Origin: Candidatus Latescibacterota bacterium
GTDB lineage: Bacteria; Latescibacterota; UBA2968
Reading direction: 5' to 3'
NCBI GenBank assembly: GCA_965198115.1
Contig: OZ240241.1
Location: 5,312,001 to 5,376,000, forward strand
Length of the DNA stretch: 64,000 nucleotides
Below are positions 31,905-41,652 of the stretch, one piece after another (the stretch's first letter is position 1; every line of letters starts with the position of its first letter). A program made the translations under genes and the position numbers. The notes beneath the pieces were generated by a model, which worked only from the letters and a program-made list of their open reading frames with translations, was not told where the DNA came from and did not search any database.

Positions 31905-33446
31905 ATGGGGAAACGACCCTTGCCTGACTCCCCACATCGACGAATCGCCGTCATCGATCTCGGCTCCAACACCGCCCGTCTGATCCTGCTCAGCGCCGTG
32001 TCCGCTCATTCATTCCGCCAGATCGACGAAATCCGTGAGGTTGTCCGTCTTCGAAAAGAGATGACCGAAGATGGACTGGCAGAAAATGCCGTCAATCGCG
32101 CCTTCTCCACGCTTCGACTGTTCAAGCGGTTCTGTGACTCACGCGAAGTAGACGAAATCATCGCCGCCGCAACGAGTGCCGTCCGTGAGGCTGCTAACGG
32201 TTCTACCTTCATCGAATCCGTAAAACGCGATGTGGGTCTCACGGTCCAAATCCTTTCTGGTGAACGCGAAGCCTACTACGGGGTGCTCGGCGTCCTGAAC
32301 GAGGTATTCATCGAAGATGGCTTCGTGTTGGACATCGGCGGCGGCAGCGCTCAGGTCAGCGAGGTACGCGATCGACGATACGTGAGCGGCGACTCTCTTA
32401 CGTTGGGTGCGTTGGCGCTGTCTGAGCGCTTCGTAACATCCGATCCGATCTCGGACTCGAGTTACGAAGCCATGGAGAAGGAAATTCGCAGTCAGATCTC
32501 GACGGTCGCGAAGAGGAAGGGAAGGGTCCCGATTGTGGGTCTTGGAGGAACCATCCGAAACCTTGCAGCCATCGAGGCAGAAAGGTCGGGTTACCCGCTC
32601 AACACGTTACACGGCTTCTCACTGACCAGAAAAGAACTGGTCAAGACCATTCGTCAGCTTCGAAGCAAGCCACTGAGCAAGCGTCAACGAATCCCGGGTC
32701 TGAACCAGGACCGGGCGGATATCATCTTGCCGGGCGCCATGGTCGCACGAGAGGTTATGGATCGGCTCGACGTGAAGCAGATGGGCGTCTCCGAGGGCGG
32801 GCTTCGGGAGGGGCTATTCTACGAGCTTTTCCTGGCCGGTCAGTCAGAGCCGATCATCCCCGACATCCGTGCATTCAGCGTGCTCAACCTGGCTCGTAAC
32901 TACGGCGTTGATCTGACCCACGCCGAACAAGTGAGGCACCTCGCCGGACGTCTGTTCGAGCAGACGATCCCGCTTCACGGCTACGGAAGCGAAGAGCGAA
33001 ACCTGCTCGATGCGGCCGCGATCCTTCACGACCTTGGCATGATCATCGGCTATGCCGCGCATCACAGGCATTCACAAACGTTGATCGAGCACAGTGGGCT
33101 GCCCGGCTTCACCCCACGCGAAGCGGCCCTCGTCGCGCTCGTCGCTCGGTATCATCGGAAGGGAAAACCCGAGACGTCGGACTACGATCAATTGTTGGGA
33201 CGAGGAGATGGGAAACGGCTCGCTTGCCTGGCAGCGATCCTTCGTACAGCGGAATACCTCGAGAGAGGCAGGAACGGGATCGTGTCCGACGTCGAAGTGA
33301 TGTGGGACCAGAAGCACCTCCGTGTCGCCCTTGTCGCTGAATCTTACCCTTTGGTGGAGATCTGGCAGGCGGAGCAGCACGCCGCGTCTCTACTGGAATC
33401 CGTGTTCGACCTCAGAGTCCTTTTCTCGAATACAGCGACCCAGTGA
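31905..33446 (+). CDS. ppx: Ppx/GppA exopolyphosphatase with HD domain
   Basis: IDLGSNT, ATSAVREA, DIGGGS, GGTIR, GLREG, LHDLG. Confidence 0.92.
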   Translation: MGKRPLPDSPHRRIAVIDLGSNTARLILLSAVSAHSFRQIDEIREVVRLRKEMTEDGLAENAVNRAFSTLRLFKRFCDSREVDEIIAAATSAVREAANGSTFIESVKRDVGLTVQILSGEREAYYGVLGVLNEVFIEDGFVLDIGGGSAQVSEVRDRRYVSGDSLTLGALALSERFVTSDPISDSSYEAMEKEIRSQISTVAKRKGRVPIVGLGGTIRNLAAIEAERSGYPLNTLHGFSLTRKELVKTIRQLRSKPLSKRQRIPGLNQDRADIILPGAMVAREVMDRLDVKQMGVSEGGLREGLFYELFLAGQSEPIIPDIRAFSVLNLARNYGVDLTHAEQVRHLAGRLFEQTIPLHGYGSEERNLLDAAAILHDLGMIIGYAAHHRHSQTLIEHSGLPGFTPREAALVALVARYHRKGKPETSDYDQLLGRGDGKRLACLAAILRTAEYLERGRNGIVSDVEVMWDQKHLRVALVAESYPLVEIWQAEQHAASLLESVFDLRVLFSNTATQ

Positions 33447-33596
33447 CGTGAACCTGACCTATCGATCCCCCAAGACCGAGGTCCGACCGAGTCAAGGGGT
33501 GTCACATTCTCACCAGGACTCAATGGGCTGCTTTCGTTTTCTTCGTGCCTTGGTGTCTTCTTGATTCAAGCCTTTCCGACTGAGAAGGAGCATGCA

Positions 33597-35204
33597 ATGC
33601 CAGACCACCGACCCGACATCATCGTCATCATGGTCGATGACATGGGCTACTCCGATCTTGGCTGCTATGGTGGCGAGATCGAGACACCAAACATCGACGC
33701 GCTTGCAGCCAACGGTGTTCGCTTCACCCAGTTCTACAACTGTGCCCGATGCTGCCCGACGAGAGCGTCGTTGCTAACGGGACTATATCCACACAGAGCT
33801 GGCATCGGCCACATGACGCACCAGACCCAGGACGCGATGAACCAGAGAAGGGCCGTTGCGCGTGGCCCTTACCAGGGCTATCTGAGCAACAACACCGTGA
33901 CGATCGCAGAAACCCTGCGGACCTCCGGCTACCAGACGTTCATGTCGGGCAAGTGGCACGTCGGCTCCTTCCGCCCGAACTGGCCGAAGGACCGCGGGTT
34001 CGATCGCTACTACGGAATCCTCGGCGGCGCCTGTAACTACTGGGCTCCCGAACCCAGTCGCGGGCTGCTGGATGAGGATGAACCTGTCATCGATCTAGCG
34101 GACGACTATTACACGACCGACGCCTTCTCTCAGCGGGCAGTCGAATACGTCGAAGGCGCTGATCCCGAAAGGCCTTACTTCCTCCATTTGATGTACAATG
34201 CCCCGCACTGGCCGCTCCACGCATGGCCGGAGGACATCTCGAAATACAAGGGCAAATACAAGATTGGTTGGGACGAGATCCGCGAACGTAGAGTGGCCAA
34301 ACAGAAGGAGATCGGGCTGTTTCCCGATGATCTCCCGCTCTCGCCAAGAGATTCGGAATGTCCACCGTGGGACCAGATCGACCGCGTTCCGGATATGCAG
34401 GGCAAGACCTACACCGAAGACGAGTGGGATCACCGAATGGCTGTGTACGCAGCAATGATCGACCGTGTCGACCAGGGCATTGGCAAGCTGCTCGACAAGA
34501 TTCGCGAGAAGCGCGACCTCGACAACACGGTCATCATGTTCCTGGCCGACAACGGCGCGTGCGCCGAATCCCACGATCCCGTCCCCGACATCCTGGCCGG
34601 CCCAAAGGAATCCGACACCGCCTGCTTCCTCCCCTGGGCGAACGCGTCGAACACGCCGTTCCGTCTGTTCAAACACTGGCTCCACGAGGGCGGATCCGCG
34701 ACACCCTTCATCTTCCACTGGCCGAAAGGTGTAAAGCAGAATCACATCGAGAAAGACTACTACGCGCACGTCAAAGACGTTATGCCCACGTGCCTCGATC
34801 TCGCCGGTGCGACCTACCCGCTACAACACCGCGGCTATCCCGTCCAGTCGATCGACGGCCGTTCCCTGATGCCCAACCTGAACGGAGAAGTCAGCGAAAA
34901 CACCGAAACGCTTTATCTCGAGCACGAAGGCAACAGGGCCGTCCGCCGCGGAAAGTGGAAGTTGGTCTCCTACTACAGCGAACCCAGAGGATTCACGGAT
35001 GGCCCCGTGGGCAAGGGCGATCGGACCGGCCCGTGGGAGCTCTACGACATGGAAGTCGACCGCGTCGAGCTCAACGACCTGTCCGACAAGGAAATGAGAA
35101 TCAAGGAGGAACTAATCGAGGCCTACGGCGCATTCTCCGAGAGGACCGGCGTATCCGACTGGCAGGAAATCCAGCGGGATCTGGAGAGGTATTACGCGGA
35201 GTAG
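33597..35204 (+). CDS. Arylsulfatase (formylglycine-dependent)
   Basis: DDMGYSD, CCPTR (CxPxR), GKWH, APHWP, DNG. Confidence 0.95.
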   Translation: MPDHRPDIIVIMVDDMGYSDLGCYGGEIETPNIDALAANGVRFTQFYNCARCCPTRASLLTGLYPHRAGIGHMTHQTQDAMNQRRAVARGPYQGYLSNNTVTIAETLRTSGYQTFMSGKWHVGSFRPNWPKDRGFDRYYGILGGACNYWAPEPSRGLLDEDEPVIDLADDYYTTDAFSQRAVEYVEGADPERPYFLHLMYNAPHWPLHAWPEDISKYKGKYKIGWDEIRERRVAKQKEIGLFPDDLPLSPRDSECPPWDQIDRVPDMQGKTYTEDEWDHRMAVYAAMIDRVDQGIGKLLDKIREKRDLDNTVIMFLADNGACAESHDPVPDILAGPKESDTACFLPWANASNTPFRLFKHWLHEGGSATPFIFHWPKGVKQNHIEKDYYAHVKDVMPTCLDLAGATYPLQHRGYPVQSIDGRSLMPNLNGEVSENTETLYLEHEGNRAVRRGKWKLVSYYSEPRGFTDGPVGKGDRTGPWELYDMEVDRVELNDLSDKEMRIKEELIEAYGAFSERTGVSDWQEIQRDLERYYAE

Positions 35205-35346
35205 AGAAAAGCACTCATCGAGAGAAACCTTGTCACCCCGGTACGCTTCTTGGCCGGGCAAATTGCCCCGCACACAACCGACTGCCCACTGCCTACTATC
35301 AGGGCGGCGCAGCCCACTCGATCGTCAACCGTCCCCAGTCCACCGT

Positions 35347-36858
35347 CTACTGCACAGGCATCATATCCCATGCATCCAAGGTCCGCACCACCGCCTCTCC
35401 GCCCTTCGCAAACAGGGCCACACCAAGACTGTCTTCTCGCATCGGGTAGATCCGCTGCGTCACACACTGCCGGTCATTCGCGAAAACCTCCAACACCGAC
35501 CGGTCGAGAAAGATTCGCAGCCTCAGCCGCTCATTGTCAGCCAACCTGAACGGCGCTTCCTGCGAGTCCGTCACCAGAGCGCCATCCCGCTGACCTGACG
35601 CAGAATACGTCACGTCCTCATCCAGGGTAGATCGCGCAAGGTCAATTCTCAGACATTCATTCGCCGTTTGACATTCGATCACCGTCTTTTCTTCTCCGTC
35701 CGGCGAACACCTTACCTTGACACCGTACGAAGTCGCCCCACGACCTTCGATCTCCACCAACAGCTCCAGACAGTCTCCCCAGACGTCATTGATCGTCGCC
35801 TCCGAATCTGGGAACAACCGGATGTCCTCGAGATGGCGATGGTTGGCACGCAACGTCTCGAGCTCCACGGCTGGCTCGATCCGCAGACTTCCGTCTTCGA
35901 ACAACGAAAGAACGCGCGGAAGCGTCATTACCGACGCCCACCCGTGCCCTTCCCACAGTCGTGCTTCCCGAATCCAACCGAAAAAGATGCGTCGTCCCTT
36001 GCCATCTAACAACGTCTCGGGTCCTGACAGCTGACCTCCAGGCCAGTTCATCCTCCCGTGCATTTCAGGGTAAAATCGATCTCCCTCGTAACGTCCAAGG
36101 TAGTAGTGCGCGATCCCCGCATAGGGACGATGGCCGTGCATCAACAGCATATGTCGGTCACCCATCGGGAAGAAGTCCGGACACGCACAGTCTTCGACTT
36201 CGGACGTCCACTCTCGCGACGACTTGTAGAAAGGACCTCGGTATTCCCAGTTCTCGAGATCGTCCGATGTGAACAGACTCGTTGCGTCACCTTCGTATCC
36301 TGGATGGGTGTTCTTGTTCCCGATCAGAGCATAGTAGACGCCGTTGTCATACCAGGCGCACGGATCGAAAACACGGTACTCCTGCCCCTCAACTTCGGGG
36401 ATGACCGGGTTCGACGACGACGGCGTCCAGTGAATGAGCTCGTCATCCTCGCAGGTCGAGATGCAAGTGCCCTGCTCGGGAACGTGATAGATCATCGTGG
36501 GAACGGGTGCGTTCTCAATCGCGTCCCCACTGTAGATGCCCCTCGGCGTGGATCCGTCAAACGCAGGCTCGATCGCCGGGGGATGGTGAACCCAGTGCAC
36601 TAAATCGCTGCTCGACGAATGCTCCAGCACCGGCAGCCAATCTTCCTCCGGATCCTCGACAGGTTCAGGCGAAGGCGCACGACCCAAGTAAAAGACGTGA
36701 TACCGTCCCTTCCAATACATCGTCCCGTTAGCGTCGTTCCAAAATCCGTCCAGAGGAATGAGATGGTATCGCGGACGGTGTGGATCTTCCCTCATACGCC
36801 TACGCAATTCGCGAGCGCTACGAATCAGCGGGTCGAACTCGCTGCTTGGCGTGTTCAC
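35347..36858 (-). CDS. GH32-like glycoside hydrolase with non-canonical catalytic motifs
   Basis: HRPRYH, WNDANG, YSG, VFDP, MTLPR, LDRSVLEVF. Confidence 0.87.
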   Translation of the reverse strand: MNTPSSEFDPLIRSARELRRRMREDPHRPRYHLIPLDGFWNDANGTMYWKGRYHVFYLGRAPSPEPVEDPEEDWLPVLEHSSSSDLVHWVHHPPAIEPAFDGSTPRGIYSGDAIENAPVPTMIYHVPEQGTCISTCEDDELIHWTPSSSNPVIPEVEGQEYRVFDPCAWYDNGVYYALIGNKNTHPGYEGDATSLFTSDDLENWEYRGPFYKSSREWTSEVEDCACPDFFPMGDRHMLLMHGHRPYAGIAHYYLGRYEGDRFYPEMHGRMNWPGGQLSGPETLLDGKGRRIFFGWIREARLWEGHGWASVMTLPRVLSLFEDGSLRIEPAVELETLRANHRHLEDIRLFPDSEATINDVWGDCLELLVEIEGRGATSYGVKVRCSPDGEEKTVIECQTANECLRIDLARSTLDEDVTYSASGQRDGALVTDSQEAPFRLADNERLRLRIFLDRSVLEVFANDRQCVTQRIYPMREDSLGVALFAKGGEAVVRTLDAWDMMPVQ

Positions 36859-36920
36859 GCTTCGTTTCCTTGAGTTGCTGTCAACCAGGACAGGAAGTGG
36901 AGGAACCACTCGCGGTGCCT

Positions 36921-36980
36921 CCGTAGGCCTTCACAGGGTCACTTCGAGCGAGAGTCGAGAAGTCCCTTTTTTGCCTACGG
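36921..36980. repeat. Tandem-GA hairpin enclosed by CCGTAGGC...GCCTACGG arms
   Basis: Nested inverted repeats read directly. Confidence 0.75.
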
Positions 36981-36990
36981 CAGATAGTCC

Positions 36991-37130
36991 GTCCCCGTGC
37001 GGTCCTGAGCGGAGTCGAAGGGACGGGGACCAGCGTTCGTGATCCCGGATGTCGCGGCCCGATTGAAGTGGTTCGGATAAGACCGGGCCCAGTTAATGAC
37101 ATCACGCGCATGCTTGCCCCTGCGATGCCT
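36991..37130 (-). repeat. Three-hairpin element, copy D (inverted), carrying a nested tandem-GA hairpin
   Basis: Reverse complement aligns with copies A-C (CATTAA, GGCCCGGT, GTCCCCGT...ACGGGGAC). Confidence 0.75.
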
Positions 37131-37434
37131 CTAAATAAATGCAAAACTGTAAACCTTCGCCCGCTCCAGAAAGAACCTCAGTTTCACTGGCCCCCGTTCA
37201 CCCGGGCCATCCGATACTTCTCGACAAGATCGTCTTAGAGGACGGTGCCATAGAGGTGAATTGCGTCGGCTCATTCCCTGCCCGCCGTACTCCCACGGCT
37301 TGTCCTCGTCGTGCTCCATTACGAATCGAACTTTTTCCCCCTGCTGAACCTCACGTTCGATCCCACTCTCAGACTCGATCAGGACTCATCGAGCAACAAC
37401 AGACTTTCATCGGCAGGGGGGTCAGATAGATCAT
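37131..37434 (-). pseudogene. Internally deleted remnant of the 7663/20404 propeller family
   Basis: LLLDE..IES, DKPWE, YGTVL*DD..KYRM joined directly to terminal GPVKLRFFLERAKVYSFAFI*. Confidence 0.65.
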
Positions 37435-37836
37435 GCACTCATTCTCACGTAAGTCTCACCACCGTTTTTTTTCGATAGCGAGATTAGACTTGGATCTCTA
37501 AAATAAGCTCCGGATCCGTTTGAGGATTCCCTGTCCGATCCCATTGTCGAGTAGGAATTGACAGATCATTCCAGAGGATCAACATTCCGAGGGAAGAGGG
37601 GGAGAGCCATTCGCCCCGTTCTCATGGCTTCCCCCCTTCAGGCGGAAACTGCCCGACGATAAAATGCGCCGAGCGGATCTTGCGGCCCAAACCGCGACCG
37701 GTCGCCGAGGGTGTCCGCGTTCTGTCCCCGGTATGAGGAACGCCCTCAGCCATCAACTATGTACGTAGTGTCGAACTTCCGTTGCAGCAGGCCATTCATT
37801 AGCCACGTGCTCTTGGACTCGAACGACTCATCGGAA

Positions 37837-38648
37837 ATGATTACTCTCAGACGCCTTCTCAAATATCAAGATATCTCCAGCTTAGATGCCAATGATCCAA
37901 GGACAACGGAGGTCCATAGAGCGATCATACATGAAAAGCCATTGCTGAAGGATGTTTACGAGAGCTACTACGATGAGTTCATCAGCGCTTCAGAGAAGAT
38001 ACCTCCGGGTGCAATTGTGGAGTTGGGTTCTGGAGGTGGTTTTCTCAAGGACATCACGCCGCGCGTCATCACAAGCGACGTTCTGGTCGTGAACCACGTC
38101 GACTTGGTAACATCCGCGGAGTTACTGCCGTTCGAAAGCTCCTCCATCTCGGCACTCTTTCTCCTTAACGTGTTCCACCATATTAAGGATCCACATGCGT
38201 TTCTGAGCGAAGTGGAGCGAGTTCTGAAACCAGGGGGGCGTCTTCTGATGATCGAACCCGCTCCAACTCCCTGGTCCCGGATAGTCCGATGGGCCATCCA
38301 ACACGAACCGTCCGACAGGTCGGCAGGATGGAAGATCGACGGGCCGCAACCCGTATCTGACAGTAATACTGCCCTTCCCTGGATTGTGTTCATCCGAAAC
38401 CGGCACAAGTTCGAAAGAGAGTTTCCCCACCTTTCTGTTCTTCGACACGTGCCTCATACGCCGTTTCGTTTCCTGCTTTCTGGAGGTATCTCTTACAAGT
38501 CTCCGGTACCTACATTCCTGCTCCCATTATTGAGATCTATCGAGTCCCTCGTGTCGCCTTTAGGAACCTCCTCGGCATGCACGTGACTATCGAGGCTTTG
38601 AAAGCCGACCGACAATGTTCCATAGGGGGAAGTATTGACGGAGGATAG
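37837..38648 (+). CDS. Class I SAM-dependent methyltransferase (probable frameshift ~38565; called ORF stops at 38586)
   Basis: ELGSGGG, LPF, VFHH, RVLKPGG. Confidence 0.85.
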
Positions 38649-38664
38649 CAATGAGGAGCCGGGA

Positions 38665-40011
38665 ATGAACGTCGTTTTCCTCTTCTCCGACGAACACAGC
38701 GCCTCCGCGATGGGCAACAGCGGTCATCCTGCTGTCCGCACGCCCAACCTCGACCGACTCGCAGAACAGGGCACCGTCTTCGACAACGCCTACTGCGCCA
38801 ATCCCATTTGCACGCCGTCGCGACTGTCGATGTTGACGGGCCGGTATTGCCACGAAATCGAGGCCTGGGACCTGGGGACCCTCGCCGACCCCGAACGCCA
38901 TAGCACGTGGGGGCATCATCTCGCGGATTACGAAACGGTGCTGTGCGGGCGTACGCACTTCAACGGGCACGACCGCAGGATGGGCTTTTCTTCTCGTCTC
39001 CTCGACGACCTGCCCTCTTGGAACAACACGAAAGGCTCTCCGCCAAGCCGAGGACCTGACGCCAGACGCGGATCCAATTCGCACGTCGCCGAATGCGGGC
39101 CGGGTTACCACCCATACAGCAGCTACGACACGCTTGCTACGGACCTCGCTGTGGAATATCTCAACGGAAAGCAGTCCTCGACCGACGCCCCTCCGTTTCT
39201 TCTCTATTGCGGCTTCATGCTCCCGCACTTCCCGCTCATTGCCCATCCCGAATACTACGACCTCTACGATCCCGACACCCTCACGCTGCCAGAATCTTGG
39301 AACGAGCCGCTCGAACAGCAACATCCGGTCATTCAGCACCATCGTTGGTCCTGGAGAAACGACATCCCGCCGCCGGAAGAGGTCGTGCGCTGTGCGACGG
39401 CTTCTTACTATGCGCTCATCACCTATCTGGACGAGCAGACAGGTCGCATCCTGGACACGATCGACAATTCATCTCTCCGCGAAGATACCGTCGTCATCTA
39501 CACCAGCGATCACGGCGAGATGGCCGGTCACCACGGTATCTGGCAGAAGCAGTGTTTCTACGAGGAAGCCGTGCGTGTACCTCTGATCATCCGTCATCCC
39601 TCGGGCAGTAAGCGACGGGTCATCCAGAATGTCAGCCTCGTCGACGTCCTGCCCACCCTCCTCGACATTTCGGGCCGGAACGTACCACCCGATCTTTCCG
39701 GACGCAGCCTGCTCGACATCGCGGATACCGAGTCGGAAGAAACCACGCGGACCGTCTTCTCGGAATACCATCATATGGGCATGCTCGACGCCGGCTTTAT
39801 GCTCAAGAAGGGCCATCACAAGCTTTGTCACTACGTCGGACATACGCCTCAACTGTTCGACGTCGAGTCTGACCCGCTCGAAAACAACGACCTCGCACCC
39901 GATCCCGAGCACGCCACGACACTCGCCGATATGGATAGAGCCTTACGCGAGCTGATCGACCCCGAGGCAGTCAACGAGCGGTGCAAGCAAAACCAGGCCG
40001 CACGGGCATAG
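38665..40011 (+). CDS. Sulfatase (choline-sulfatase-like)
   Basis: SDEH, CTPSR, PHFP, TSDHGEM, YEEAVRVP. Confidence 0.93.
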   Translation: MNVVFLFSDEHSASAMGNSGHPAVRTPNLDRLAEQGTVFDNAYCANPICTPSRLSMLTGRYCHEIEAWDLGTLADPERHSTWGHHLADYETVLCGRTHFNGHDRRMGFSSRLLDDLPSWNNTKGSPPSRGPDARRGSNSHVAECGPGYHPYSSYDTLATDLAVEYLNGKQSSTDAPPFLLYCGFMLPHFPLIAHPEYYDLYDPDTLTLPESWNEPLEQQHPVIQHHRWSWRNDIPPPEEVVRCATASYYALITYLDEQTGRILDTIDNSSLREDTVVIYTSDHGEMAGHHGIWQKQCFYEEAVRVPLIIRHPSGSKRRVIQNVSLVDVLPTLLDISGRNVPPDLSGRSLLDIADTESEETTRTVFSEYHHMGMLDAGFMLKKGHHKLCHYVGHTPQLFDVESDPLENNDLAPDPEHATTLADMDRALRELIDPEAVNERCKQNQAARA

Positions 40012-40018
40012 ACTGGAT

Positions 40019-40531
40019 ATGCTCGGACTCGACAGAGGCGAAATCAGAGTCGTCCCTTACACGGAATCGTGGGCCGAACTCTTCGAAACGGAAAGGCGGG
40101 AATTAGAAAATATTATCGGTCAGCACGTCCTCTCGATCGAACACGCCGGGAGCACGTCCGTTCCGGGTTTGTCCGCGAAGCCCATTCTGGACATCGCAAT
40201 CGCAGTGGAAGATTTCGAGGAAGCCCGCGTGACGATCGACCCCATCGTCGGGCTGGGCTACGAGTACCGCGGAGAGTACGGAATCCCGCGTCGTCACTAC
40301 TTCGTGAAGGGCCAGCCCACAACCTACCACATTCACATGAACGAAATCACGAGCCAGGACTGGAATAACCTGATCCTGTTCCGCGATTACCTCAGAGCGC
40401 ATCCCGACGTGGCTGCCGAATACGAATCCCTGAAGCAGTCACTCGTGAAAACGCAGGGAAAGGACCGCACGTGTTATCAGGACGGGAAGGCGCCGTTCAT
40501 CCAGCAGACGCTCGAGAGAGCACAATCTTAG
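40019..40531 (+). CDS. GrpB family protein (UPF0157)
   Basis: IEHAGSTSVPGL.AKPILDI, FRDYL, Y..LK, Y...K. Confidence 0.93.
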   Translation: MLGLDRGEIRVVPYTESWAELFETERRELENIIGQHVLSIEHAGSTSVPGLSAKPILDIAIAVEDFEEARVTIDPIVGLGYEYRGEYGIPRRHYFVKGQPTTYHIHMNEITSQDWNNLILFRDYLRAHPDVAAEYESLKQSLVKTQGKDRTCYQDGKAPFIQQTLERAQS

Positions 40532-40554
40532 ATGTCGAAAGAGGGACACGAACA

Positions 40555-41556
40555 ATGAATCGACGGGATCTGGGAAGAACGGGGGAAACCGTCAGCGAAC
40601 TGGGCCTGGGCACGGCTTTCATGCGGCGAAGCCAGGACCAGGGCGGTGTGAATGACTGCGTGGCCCGCGCCATCGACCGTGGCGTTTGCTACTTCGACAC
40701 CGCCGCCGACTATGGCCAGGGCGAAGACGAGCGCGCACTGGGTGAAGCGCTACTTGGCCGAAGGGAGAAGGTTTTCCTCGCAACTAAGGTAGGAGGCGTG
40801 AAAGATGAGGGCGGGCACCGCAACGCCGATTCGCTGATGAGGCAGCACGAGGAGGGATTGAAGCGCTTACAAACCGACCACGTAGATCTGATTCAGATCC
40901 ACGAAAACGACCAGCGCAAGTGGTGGTCGGATGATCCCGTGCCCCGGGAAGTCGCCGTCTCCCACGGTGGGCCGCTGATTCTGGATGACGAAGACTACGA
41001 CTTCACCGACTCACCCTGCGTCGAGTTTCTGCATAGAGCGAAAGCGCAGGGATCGGCGCGCTACATCGGGATCACGGGCAAGGACGCACGTCGCCTCGAG
41101 CGGATCGTCGCTGCAATCGAGATCGACTCGATGATGATCGCCCATCAGTACAACCCGATCCTGCGCAACGCCGCTCGCTTCCTGCTCCCCACGACGGAAG
41201 AGAAGGGTGTCGGCGTAGCGGGCGGCGCGATGTTCCTAAAGGGCTGGCTCGCCGTCCCCCAGACTCAGTGGCGCGACGAACGTCCCGAATGGATGAACGA
41301 CGAGTTCTACGACGCCTACTTCGGCTACCTCGACATCCAGGCTGAATGCGGCATCCCGCTGCACGAACTGACTCTCCGCTGGCCCCTCGCCGAACCACGG
41401 ATGAAATGCATCGTCTGCGGCTTCAAGACCTTACCCGAAGTCGAAGCCAACATCGACGCTATTGAAAAGGGTCCGCTTCCAGAAGATCTGCAGCAGGCGA
41501 TTGACGTCATTGGCATAGTCCAACCGCTCTACTACCAGAATAGAACCGAACTGTAG
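40555..41556 (+). CDS. Aldo/keto reductase
   Basis: LGLGT, FDTAADYG, ATKVG, DLIQIH. Confidence 0.93.
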   Translation: MNRRDLGRTGETVSELGLGTAFMRRSQDQGGVNDCVARAIDRGVCYFDTAADYGQGEDERALGEALLGRREKVFLATKVGGVKDEGGHRNADSLMRQHEEGLKRLQTDHVDLIQIHENDQRKWWSDDPVPREVAVSHGGPLILDDEDYDFTDSPCVEFLHRAKAQGSARYIGITGKDARRLERIVAAIEIDSMMIAHQYNPILRNAARFLLPTTEEKGVGVAGGAMFLKGWLAVPQTQWRDERPEWMNDEFYDAYFGYLDIQAECGIPLHELTLRWPLAEPRMKCIVCGFKTLPEVEANIDAIEKGPLPEDLQQAIDVIGIVQPLYYQNRTEL

Positions 41557-41598
41557 CCCGAGCAGGCGCACCGGAGAGCAGGCCTCGTAGTTCTGCTC

Positions 41599-41651
41599 TT
41601 CTCCGTGCTCTCCGTGGTAAGCTTTCTGTGTCTTCAGTGTGCTCTGTGGTT
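41599..41651 (+). repeat. 9-nt-period repeat cluster (YYYTCYGTG)n
   Basis: TTCTCCGTG CTCTCCGTG ... TCTTCAGTG TGCTCTGTG GTT; similar clusters at 6512, 16654, 43643, 48546. Confidence 0.7.
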
Positions 41652-41652
41652 C

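Noticed and set aside
37440-37830. Possible ncRNA or tRNA in the long intergenic gap
   Set aside because: No cloverleaf, T-loop or riboswitch consensus recognised; only one isolated hairpin.
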